DNA of 45,411 bases from a virus (taxonomy: Duplodnaviria; Caudoviricetes). A program made the translations under genes and the position numbers. Positions 1 through 8,184 of the stretch are shown in pieces (within the stretch, counting starts at the first letter, position 1; each line of letters opens with the position of its first letter). The stretch covers positions 1 to 45,411 of the IMG/VR virus record IMGVR_UViG_3300033182_000655; one strand, 5' to 3'. A model generated the notes under the pieces. That model was not told where the DNA came from, did no database searches, and saw only the letters and a program-made list of their open reading frames with translations.

Positions 1-95
1 ATGCCTCACCCGCAGTAAAGAAGGCAGCAAAATCAATGGATAAATCAGATGCTAAAAAATATGCATCCACAAAACACAAAGGGAGACCAGAAAAA
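1..95 (+). repeat. Left arm of a perfect 95-bp inverted repeat (partner 564-658)
   Basis: Bases 1-95 are the exact reverse complement of 564-658. Similarity then decays over about 10 more bases (KVNKEW vs KMNKEI). The arm is cut by the window edge. Confidence 0.95.
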
Positions 96-440
96 GTGAA
101 CAAAGAGTGGATAATTAAAACAATTAAAGAGTTAACCAACACCGAAATGGAAGCATGTGGTTACACTACTTCTGCTGTCGACCCTAATTATAAATTAAAA
201 TCACCAGGTGGAACTGGCAAAGAAGATAAAAAGTTAAAAGAGGCATATGGTTTAAGTGAAATGAAAATGTCAGAAATAGATAAACTTATTAAAAGTAAAA
301 TCAAAGATATTGCTCGTAAAGATAGAAAACGAGGTATGCAATTGATGAATCTATATAAGAAACATTGGATAGAGTTTATTAACATTTACAAACCTCATTT
401 TTGGAGATTTACTTGGTGTATACTAACCAGTAATATTTAG
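3..440 (+). CDS. 5'-truncated DUF3008-like basic phage protein (inverted copy, possibly chimeric)
   Basis: The frame is open from base 3 (ASPAVKKAAKSMDKSDAKKYASTKHKGRPEK...). It is the only protein-like plus-strand ORF, and the tail after ~HWIEFI looks like antisense read-through. Confidence 0.45.
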   Translation, partial: ASPAVKKAAKSMDKSDAKKYASTKHKGRPEKVNKEWIIKTIKELTNTEMEACGYTTSAVDPNYKLKSPGGTGKEDKKLKEAYGLSEMKMSEIDKLIKSKIKDIARKDRKRGMQLMNLYKKHWIEFINIYKPHFWRFTWCILTSNI

Positions 441-718
441 TTTTTCTGTCATTTTTTCTTCAGCAACCAAATCTAAATCAGTTTTTACTTCATTTACGGG
501 TAGCTTCTGAATTTCTTCTCTAATCAAGTCTCTAATTTTCTTAATTACAATTTCTTTATTCATTTTTTCTGGTCTCCCTTTGTGTTTTGTGGATGCATAT
601 TTTTTAGCATCTGATTTATCCATTGATTTTGCTGCCTTCTTTACTGCGGGTGAGGCATTTTTTAACTCACCTTTTTGATATGCTCTAACCATACCCATGG
701 TTTAGATTTAGCTGGCAT
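423..718 (-). pseudogene. DUF3008-like protein, apparently frameshifted near the N-terminus
   Basis: GGAG SD plus ATG at 718 gives MPAKSK, then only CC before MGMVRAYQKGELKNASPAVKKAAKSM...ASTKHKGRPEK starts in another frame (ATG 698). The family normally reads MPAKSK-AQQxx-MGMV. Confidence 0.55.
564..658 (-). repeat. Right arm of the 95-bp inverted repeat
   Basis: Exact reverse complement of 1-95. Confidence 0.95.
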
Positions 719-719
719 C

Positions 720-1340
720 CTATTCTCCTCTAATGATTTTATTAATGATGTCTTCTGCCTTACACCAATCACCACAAGTTCTACCTTGTGTTTGGTTAGG
801 GTCAACACTCTCATTCATTGGATACATAAATGCACCATGTGTAGATGGATTACTAACAAAGTCAAATGCAATAAGTTCAAAGTCATCACCAACTTTAAGT
901 GCTTGTTGTCCATTATCCTCATTAACTTGTTCTACTGAACCCATACCACGAGAACTGATACCAAGTTTGATACCATTCTTAAATAATTCTCTCAAGATAT
1001 TACCACTTGGTGTAGTTAGGATTTCTACGGTTCCTAAAAGATTATCACCCTCAAAATGCATCTCTGTAATATTATGTGATACATTTTGTAAGTTCACAAC
1101 TGAACTATCAGGATGGTCAAGTTCACCAAGTGCTCTACTTTGTTTAATAAAATTTTCATTATATTTTTTAGATTCACGAACCAATACTTCTCTTGGATAT
1201 ATTCTTCCATTTTGATTTTTTGCATCTGCTCGTTGTAATACACCTTTAACCACTAACTTACCATTGTTTTCTTTTAATGATTCGTTTATCTGTTCAGCAG
1301 ATAACTCAAAAGGTATATAATCTACTAATAAGTTTCTCAT
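720..1340 (-). CDS. Prohead core protease (T4 gp21-like)
   Basis: Motifs LQRADAKNQNGRIYP, ALGELDHP, NVSHNI, TPSG, GISSRGMGS, DFVSNPS; lies downstream of the portal. Confidence 0.95.
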   Translation of the reverse strand: MRNLLVDYIPFELSAEQINESLKENNGKLVVKGVLQRADAKNQNGRIYPREVLVRESKKYNENFIKQSRALGELDHPDSSVVNLQNVSHNITEMHFEGDNLLGTVEILTTPSGNILRELFKNGIKLGISSRGMGSVEQVNEDNGQQALKVGDDFELIAFDFVSNPSTHGAFMYPMNESVDPNQTQGRTCGDWCKAEDIINKIIRGE

Positions 1341-1687
1341 TATTTCATCCTTTTCACCATTCCTACAACGTCTCTCATAAATTTAGTTACATTATCTTTG
1401 TAGGATTTTATAATTTGTTTTGCTAACGCTTTATTTTCTGGTCTTGGGTCGTATAAAAATACCTGTTCTAATTCAAGCATTGCTTTTCTTAAAGCTCCCT
1501 CGTGTTTTGCAATTTTACTTAAAGCTTTTCTTGCAAACCTTACATCATCTGGCCCCTCTTTAACATTCTTTTGATGTTTTTCCATTACTGATTGTAATGT
1601 TGGTAATGGTTGACCAAAATCTCTTTTTAATAAATCTATACTTTCTGTTAAGAATTTATCAGTTAATATATTTGATAATTTAATCAT
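1340..1687 (-). CDS. Hypothetical protein, probable internal head protein
   Basis: Overlapping start/stop with neighbours; N-terminus MIKLSNIL...LTE resembles MIKLKDLLFE of 13136-13876. Confidence 0.75.
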   Translation of the reverse strand: MIKLSNILTDKFLTESIDLLKRDFGQPLPTLQSVMEKHQKNVKEGPDDVRFARKALSKIAKHEGALRKAMLELEQVFLYDPRPENKALAKQIIKSYKDNVTKFMRDVVGMVKRMK

Positions 1688-2574
1688 TGTAATTTCCCTA
1701 CTTTATTAGCCAACTTAACTAATCTTTCTGATATTGAGTTCAATGCCTTATGAGTTGTTTTCCAATAAGAACTTGAATCTACATTTAGTTCATTCTTTAA
1801 ACGAATATTAAAATCTATTTGTTTGGATAATGAGTTCAATGCATTTTTAACTTCTCTTATTGAACGACCAATCTTTTGTTTTGGTGTTAGGGATTCATCG
1901 TTTCTCCATTGGTGATAACGACCCTCATTTACACTTTCAATCTTTTTATCAATTTGTTTACCAAGAGTTGGTTGAACTCTTTGAACATCTTTAATTGCCT
2001 TCAACCCACCTTTAAGTATTTTTGCGATTCTAGCTATTGCCTGTGATTTAGATGATGCATTAACAATAGTTTGTATAGTTTGACCATCTTTCTCAACTTT
2101 AACTGCAAACATTACTTCATTAATCTGTTCAGTTTGAACTTCATTACTTAACTTTTCTTCTGAATCTAAATAATGATATGCCTTTTGTAAATATTCTTTT
2201 GATATGATTAGTTTTGATTGCCACCAATTAGGAAAATCTATTTCTTCAGATGAATCATCATATTTTTTCAATGCATCATGAAGTTTTTTACTATATTCCA
2301 TTAACTCTAAAGTAGTTGACCTTAACATATTTGGTTCATCATCTTGATGACCTATGTCTTTGTCTTCATTTACTTTAGTGAATCCACTACCACTTGCGAT
2401 TGAATCTCTTCTATCCATCTTACCTGTACCACTAAACGCATTAGGTGTCATATATCCAGGTGTTGCAGAAGAAACTGATGCCTCCTCAATATCTCTTTCT
2501 TGAAGTTCTTTATGAAGTTCTTTACGAATTATCTTTTTGAGTAGTTCTTTAAGTTGTTTTTTGGTTAGTGACAT
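1684..2574 (-). CDS. Modular hypothetical protein, probable internal head/core protein
   Basis: 296-aa ORF between portal and protease; short modules separated by IEE/VNE/INE linkers. Confidence 0.8.
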   Translation of the reverse strand: MSLTKKQLKELLKKIIRKELHKELQERDIEEASVSSATPGYMTPNAFSGTGKMDRRDSIASGSGFTKVNEDKDIGHQDDEPNMLRSTTLELMEYSKKLHDALKKYDDSSEEIDFPNWWQSKLIISKEYLQKAYHYLDSEEKLSNEVQTEQINEVMFAVKVEKDGQTIQTIVNASSKSQAIARIAKILKGGLKAIKDVQRVQPTLGKQIDKKIESVNEGRYHQWRNDESLTPKQKIGRSIREVKNALNSLSKQIDFNIRLKNELNVDSSSYWKTTHKALNSISERLVKLANKVGKLQ

Positions 2575-3421
2575 CTTTTAATTCCTTAATTAACTCATAA
2601 TATCTCATTAGAGAAATTATATTTTTATCTTTAACTACTTTTGATGGAACCAATGTGTCAATATGATTGATGGCCTCTTCTAACTTAATACGAGTAATAT
2701 CATCATCCACTTTAACTACATATTTTTTAAGTATAGATTTAATCTTAACAATCTCACTATTAACAAATTCATTTAATGAATTAGTATTTGATAAATTATT
2801 AATATATTCTTTTAATAAGTCTTTCTGACTTTCATTTAAAGATTTATATTTCTCATTAAATTTATCAACTAACAACTGATAAGTCAATAATCTTAGGTCT
2901 TTATCTTGTTCTGATAAACTTTCCATGATTTTGGATTTATCTTCTTTAGATTTAGGTTTGGATGTGATGTGTTCTATCAATGTAATTGTACTATCTGTAG
3001 TTTCAATAGGATTTGGATTCTCAGATACACCAAACACTTTATATATTGAAGCAAATACTTTAAAGTTTGGTAATCTTGTATTGAAGAAGTCTTTTACACT
3101 ATAGTTTTCTTTAATTGTCTTGATTAAATTGTATTTTTCGTTATTTAGTCTACGATTTGACAATCTTTGACGACTTGTAACAACAGCTTCAAGTAATTTT
3201 ATTGCATGAGACTCTTTTGTGTATTTTTTCTCAGTCAAAATACGATAAAGTTCATACTCTTTACCCAATTCTGTGTTTTTATTAAAAAATTCTTTAAATA
3301 TTTTTACAGCTGGTGAATCCTTTGTGTCATTCAACACATCTACCGTGATTTGACGACTCAGTAATTCATATAGAATAGCCGTATTCTTTATTTTATTATG
3401 TTTAACATTTGAAATAGACAT
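2549..3421 (-). CDS. Alpha-helical hypothetical protein of the head module
   Basis: 290-aa ORF directly after the portal (KHNKIKNTAILYELLSRQIT...LMRYYELIKEL); function not recognised. Confidence 0.8.
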   Translation of the reverse strand: MSISNVKHNKIKNTAILYELLSRQITVDVLNDTKDSPAVKIFKEFFNKNTELGKEYELYRILTEKKYTKESHAIKLLEAVVTSRQRLSNRRLNNEKYNLIKTIKENYSVKDFFNTRLPNFKVFASIYKVFGVSENPNPIETTDSTITLIEHITSKPKSKEDKSKIMESLSEQDKDLRLLTYQLLVDKFNEKYKSLNESQKDLLKEYINNLSNTNSLNEFVNSEIVKIKSILKKYVVKVDDDITRIKLEEAINHIDTLVPSKVVKDKNIISLMRYYELIKELKDVTNQKTT

Positions 3422-3452
3422 ATTTGCTTCAATATCCTTATACTATACTTTA

Positions 3453-3460
3453 ATAAATAT
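3453..3460 (-). promoter_or_regulatory. ATATTTAT intergenic motif, putative phage promoter
   Basis: Same motif recurs in the gaps at 7311, 13905, 30614 and 43657. Confidence 0.55.
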
Positions 3461-3487
3461 AAAACTTTCAAGAAATGTGTATTTAAT

Positions 3488-5347
3488 CTACACTATTTTT
3501 TTTGTTTTATACTCATTATATTCTTCATTTAACTCATCAATTTTTTTATCTTCTGAGATTATTTCTTTCGCCTTACTTCCCATTGATTTTTTTAATGCAT
3601 CGTAATGTGCTAACGCCAATGGTGATTGGAACTTACTTTTATTTCTTGGTTTTAAGTCCTCTCTGCCTAATGGATTACGACCTCGTGCACCACTCTCTTT
3701 ACCATATTTGTTTGCCTCTTTAGGTCTTCCTGCCCCCTCAAAACCACCTTCAGGTGAACCACCCTCATCTTTAAATACTGAACCAGATAAACTATCTTCA
3801 TCAAATCCACCTTGTGATTGCATATCACTTGGTGTTCCAACTGATTCTCCACTTTGTTTAGGGTCATTACCTTCTTGTTCAATTTGGTCATATCTGAACT
3901 TGTTTTTTTGGTCTTCAATAATTTGTTTTCTGACTATATCTTTTTCTTCATTTGAGAAGTTAAAGATGTTATCATACACCCACTCTGTAGGTAAGATTTT
4001 ATCACTTACCATATCACGAGCTAATGATACTTTTGAACTCCACAATTCTACTTTTTCTTGGTCATACATGGTTGATGGATTAGTTAATTCCAAGTCAAAG
4101 TTGACCAACTCTTCATCTGTGTATCCTTGTGAGTACAAATGTACTACTGCTATTTTTGTTAACTCTGAAATAACAATTCTTTGTATTCTTTCAATGGTAC
4201 GAGCAAATCTAACATCTTCTGCTGCGAGTGTTGCCTTACCACCGACATTTTCATCAAACCCTAAGAATGCTTTCGGTACTCTTAGTGCCGCCAACATTTT
4301 GTTTTTTAAATATTCAATATCATCAGTTGAATCATAGTCTAATCCACCCAACTCATTTATTTCAGTTCCACTATCTCCACCACGAACTGGTAAGAAGAAG
4401 TCTTCTGTTAGGTTTTGAATATTGTATTTAAGATTGTATTCACCTGTGTTTTCATCAAGAAAAGGTGTTTTCTTCATCTTGTTGATAATTCTTTGCATAT
4501 AATTGTCAACTTCATTTGGTGGTATATTACCAATATCAATCTTATAAATTCTTTTTGATGGTGCTCTCATGATTCTATGAATCAACATCGCATCTTCCAT
4601 AAGTGTTAATTGTTTCCAAGTTTTACGAGCTGCCTCCATCATACTTTTACCATAAGGTAGGAAGTTACTATCATTAGTTAATCTGAAGTGTGCAATTTGA
4701 AAGTTTTCAAACTCAATGGATTTACCTTGACCTTGTGATGTTCGTCCAAGATAAGGATGTGCACCCTCAATACTTTCTAAATAGAACTTAGTATAATAAG
4801 GATTCTCTGGGTCTTCACCTTCCGCTCTTACCACTTCATAAGGTGATAATGGAATCACATTTGTAATACCATATTTATCACTAACATCTAAGTAGAGATA
4901 AAAGTCACCATACTTACACATATTACGAACCCAAGGCCATAAATTAAATTCTATATTCATAATGTCATAAAATAAATTATGTAGAATTTCTTTAATGTTC
5001 TCGTTATCGGATTGTATCTTTAGTACTTCACCATATTCTGATTTCATTGTAGACTCATCTGAATATATGTCTAACGCACTTGATATAATACTATCACTAT
5101 CCATTGACTCATAATCTTTGAATAATGCTAATCTTGCAGCCATCACTTGATGAACGGTTGAATAACCTGTTCCAACTAAATCTAAGTTGGAATGTAGTTT
5201 TGAATACCTATCAACTAAATGTGATTTTACTTGTGTTTGTATTTGGTCTGTATCGGTGATTTTTAATTTACGACCACCGACATTTCTTACGATTACATTT
5301 GTACTAAATAATCGTCTCAGTCTTCCAAATAATGTTGTATCTGCCAT
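3488..5347 (-). CDS. Portal protein (T4 gp20-like)
   Basis: DYESMDSDSIISSALDIYSDE, PYGKSMME, LMEDAMLIHRIMRAP..RIYKIDIGN, EDFFLPVRGG..GTEI, ALRVPKAFL, EDVRFARTIERIQ. Confidence 0.95.
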   Translation of the reverse strand: MADTTLFGRLRRLFSTNVIVRNVGGRKLKITDTDQIQTQVKSHLVDRYSKLHSNLDLVGTGYSTVHQVMAARLALFKDYESMDSDSIISSALDIYSDESTMKSEYGEVLKIQSDNENIKEILHNLFYDIMNIEFNLWPWVRNMCKYGDFYLYLDVSDKYGITNVIPLSPYEVVRAEGEDPENPYYTKFYLESIEGAHPYLGRTSQGQGKSIEFENFQIAHFRLTNDSNFLPYGKSMMEAARKTWKQLTLMEDAMLIHRIMRAPSKRIYKIDIGNIPPNEVDNYMQRIINKMKKTPFLDENTGEYNLKYNIQNLTEDFFLPVRGGDSGTEINELGGLDYDSTDDIEYLKNKMLAALRVPKAFLGFDENVGGKATLAAEDVRFARTIERIQRIVISELTKIAVVHLYSQGYTDEELVNFDLELTNPSTMYDQEKVELWSSKVSLARDMVSDKILPTEWVYDNIFNFSNEEKDIVRKQIIEDQKNKFRYDQIEQEGNDPKQSGESVGTPSDMQSQGGFDEDSLSGSVFKDEGGSPEGGFEGAGRPKEANKYGKESGARGRNPLGREDLKPRNKSKFQSPLALAHYDALKKSMGSKAKEIISEDKKIDELNEEYNEYKTKKIV

Positions 5348-5361
5348 TTTTTACCTCTTTG

Positions 5362-6933
5362 TTATAAGAGCCATTCTAAAGACTCTTTTTTCTTACCTTT
5401 ACCGATATTCCATTCCCACTCACCATTATTATTATCAGATGGTATGTAGACTCCTTCTTGGTTCATTGCGGTTAAGGTTTTTTTTGTTAACTCAATACCT
5501 TCGGTTTGTAATCTTAATGCAGTATCACGAACCCATAATCCGATAGCAAAGGACATTACCAAATCATCATTGTATCCTGCCATTGCTTCGGCTCTATTAT
5601 TAACATATACAAATGTCAATAACTCATCTATCAATCTATTAGAGTGAACCACAACTGATTCATCTCTAAAATATTCTTCAAGTTTTGCAATAATTAATGG
5701 TCTGGTTTTCATTGTTGTACTGAAACCAGCCACCATATTTCTTTCAGTTGTTCTATATTTGTTACTCAACTGATGTTGAACATCAACATATTTTAAATCT
5801 TTACTTGTATAAAATAGATTAGGATAATCCCTATCTATTACTTGTTGGATGGTTGCCCAACCAATATTATTGTTTTCTATAATTAGTAAGGCATCGTTAT
5901 ATTCTGTTGAAATACTGACTAACATGTTACCAAAATCTTTAGTACTTATCCTACCTTTGTACTCTGCAACTTGTTCTACTTTCTCTATATCAATCACATG
6001 AAATGCACTATAATCCGCACTATCACCACGACCAACATCTGCACATACTACATACTTTTTTGTATAGTTTGGTGGTTCCCAAATCCAACAATTATTATCA
6101 ATTCCTCTTTTTTCTATTGGGTCTTTACATTCCTTTTTTCTTAAATTCTCTAATAATACGGCATCAATTACACCAGTACCAGAAGTTAAGAAGTCACAAT
6201 CACACTCTTGTGCTGCACCACTCGCTCCTAATAAAACATTTTGTTCTTGTCTCCACTCTTCATTTCTATCGGGATGTACCGTCCAATGTAATTTAATTGG
6301 ATTAAACATACCAGTTGCATCTTCTGCCTCTACCCAAGTTCTATGAAACCAATTACCAACTCCATTTGGTGTTGATAATGCAATACAACTACCACCCGTT
6401 GTAAGTGTTTGTTGAGATGCAGTCCATATATCATCAATCTTATCAATGAACGCTGCCTCATCCAATATCAATAATGATAGAGCTTCAGAACGAGCAGCTT
6501 CTGGTCCACTTGCACTCGCTTTAATTTGTGAACCATTCATATATCTCAGATTTAATTTGTTATCCTCAACACATCTTTGTTTCAACCAACTTGGTAGATT
6601 TGCATGCATTACACGAACTTTCGTTACTAAGTTTTTCGCAGTATCTTGTTTAGTTGCAATGACTAATATATTCTTATCTTGGAAAAATGTCATCATCCAT
6701 AATGCATATCCTGCAGTCAATGTGGAAATACCCAACTGACGAGCCTTCAGTATGATATTCATACGATGTCCTTTAAACTCCTCAATTGTTTTTTCTTGAA
6801 AGTCATACAAATCAAATGGAACTTTACCTTTGATTGGATGTTGTATCACACAATACTTTCTTAAAAAATATGCTGGGTCTTGAGCACACTTAATATACTC
6901 TTGTTTGATTACATCTTTAAGTTGTTCTGCCAT
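5362..6933 (-). CDS. terL: Terminase large subunit (T4 gp17-like)
   Basis: Walker A-like KARQLGIST, Walker B LILDEAAF, STPNG coupling motif, nuclease residues in ADVGRG..D and DDLVM. Confidence 0.95.
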   Translation of the reverse strand: MAEQLKDVIKQEYIKCAQDPAYFLRKYCVIQHPIKGKVPFDLYDFQEKTIEEFKGHRMNIILKARQLGISTLTAGYALWMMTFFQDKNILVIATKQDTAKNLVTKVRVMHANLPSWLKQRCVEDNKLNLRYMNGSQIKASASGPEAARSEALSLLILDEAAFIDKIDDIWTASQQTLTTGGSCIALSTPNGVGNWFHRTWVEAEDATGMFNPIKLHWTVHPDRNEEWRQEQNVLLGASGAAQECDCDFLTSGTGVIDAVLLENLRKKECKDPIEKRGIDNNCWIWEPPNYTKKYVVCADVGRGDSADYSAFHVIDIEKVEQVAEYKGRISTKDFGNMLVSISTEYNDALLIIENNNIGWATIQQVIDRDYPNLFYTSKDLKYVDVQHQLSNKYRTTERNMVAGFSTTMKTRPLIIAKLEEYFRDESVVVHSNRLIDELLTFVYVNNRAEAMAGYNDDLVMSFAIGLWVRDTALRLQTEGIELTKKTLTAMNQEGVYIPSDNNNGEWEWNIGKGKKKESLEWLL

Positions 6934-7307
6934 TAGTTCAATTGCCCTGCAAGATTAACTGAAATCGCTGTAGCACCGACACCATAAACAAACCATAACC
7001 ATTTGTTTTCGTGCCACTTAGGTTTCACCACTTTCACCTTTTCCTTATACAGATTAATTGTTTCTTTCTGTAATTGAAGTTGCTGAGTTCTAAAATCAAT
7101 AATCAGAGAATCAGATTTTGAGTTTTCCTCTAATAATGAGATTTGTTTTTCCAAATCCATCACTAAAGATACATTCAAACTATCTTTTAACTCTAATTCT
7201 TTAATTTTGTTAGTGAACCCAAGTACTTCTTCCTCTGTAAAGGTGTAAGTTTTTGTATCTTGCCCAAACAACAAACCAAGAAATAATATGTAAATAAAAT
7301 ATCTCAT
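6933..7307 (-). CDS. Secreted coiled-coil protein with C-terminal hydrophobic segment (possible lysis/spanin-like)
   Basis: Signal peptide MRYFIYILFLGLLFG-Q, coiled coil, and C-terminal KWLWFVYGVGATAISV. Confidence 0.7.
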   Translation of the reverse strand: MRYFIYILFLGLLFGQDTKTYTFTEEEVLGFTNKIKELELKDSLNVSLVMDLEKQISLLEENSKSDSLIIDFRTQQLQLQKETINLYKEKVKVVKPKWHENKWLWFVYGVGATAISVNLAGQLN

Positions 7308-7310
7308 ATA

Positions 7311-7319
7311 TATAAATAT
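7311..7319 (-). promoter_or_regulatory. ATATTTATA motif 3 nt upstream of an ATG
   Basis: Plus strand TATAAATAT in a 15-nt gap with no SD. Confidence 0.5.
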
Positions 7320-7322
7320 ATA

Positions 7323-7610
7323 CTACTTACTAAATTTCTTCAAATATTTTACTGCCTCATCAACATCGTTAGTTTTAGATGCTTCTTCAGCTTTTAATAT
7401 TTGTTTTTTAGTATTGGTTACTTTTCTTTTAAGAGAAGCAACTTCTTTTTTGTTAACTTTTTTCTTTGATTCAAGTCTCGCAACTTGTACCTCAAGGCTT
7501 TTAACCTCTTTGTTTTTCTTTTCTATTGCCTCATCTAATTTCTTGACTTCTTCTTTTTTCTTTCCGCCAAAAAAAAGATTCATTATGAATCCGATTATTT
7601 TACCAATCAT
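7323..7610 (-). CDS. Small coiled-coil protein with N-terminal hydrophobic anchor (possible i-spanin-like)
   Basis: MIGKIIGFIMNLFFGG followed by a Lys/Glu coiled coil; AGGAG SD. Confidence 0.65.
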   Translation of the reverse strand: MIGKIIGFIMNLFFGGKKKEEVKKLDEAIEKKNKEVKSLEVQVARLESKKKVNKKEVASLKRKVTNTKKQILKAEEASKTNDVDEAVKYLKKFSK

Positions 7611-7612
7611 TA

Positions 7613-8176
7613 CTATTCTCCTTGTAGTTGTTTTTCAAATTCTTCTACTTTATCTTTTGCATTCTGTATGAATTCTCTTGCCTCTTTTACGGTATTGTCA
7701 AACTCTTTTTCACCCATTTCCCACTTTTCTGCCTCTAACTCAGGTGTGTTTACACCAACATTATTCAACCATTCCTTCTTACCACCTTGTTGTTCAAACT
7801 CATCTATACTTTGTTCCAAATCAACTAAATAGGCCTTTTGATTTTCTAACATTTTTTTCTGTGCATACATGTCAAACTCACCTTTTATTTTAAGTTTGTT
7901 TTCATACACTATCTGACAATCAAAACAATGCCCCTGTGTTCTCCAAAACTTATCATCAAGTTTCTTCTTCATCGCCTTTTTACACTTAGGACAAAATAAA
8001 GGCATCCTAATTGATTGCATTGTTTTACTTAATTCTGATTCTCTTGTTTTACCACCAAGGTTTTCTTGTTTACCCTCGTATCCTACTTGTACATAATCTT
8101 TTTCGTATTCTTTACCACCTAATAAATCTTTTAAGGCCTTATTTTGCCTTTCTGCTTCTTTACTATATCCTGCCAT
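7613..8176 (-). CDS. Zn-ribbon hypothetical protein
   Basis: CPKC...HCFDC motif; TAGGAG SD. Confidence 0.8.
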   Translation of the reverse strand: MAGYSKEAERQNKALKDLLGGKEYEKDYVQVGYEGKQENLGGKTRESELSKTMQSIRMPLFCPKCKKAMKKKLDDKFWRTQGHCFDCQIVYENKLKIKGEFDMYAQKKMLENQKAYLVDLEQSIDEFEQQGGKKEWLNNVGVNTPELEAEKWEMGEKEFDNTVKEAREFIQNAKDKVEEFEKQLQGE

Positions 8177-8184
8177 TATAACTC

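Noticed and set aside
423-425. TAG stop-codon recoding suggested by protein-like sequence beyond this TAG
   Set aside because: TAG ends the protease, portal and 1063-aa genes at natural C-termini, and long ORFs are intact under code 11.
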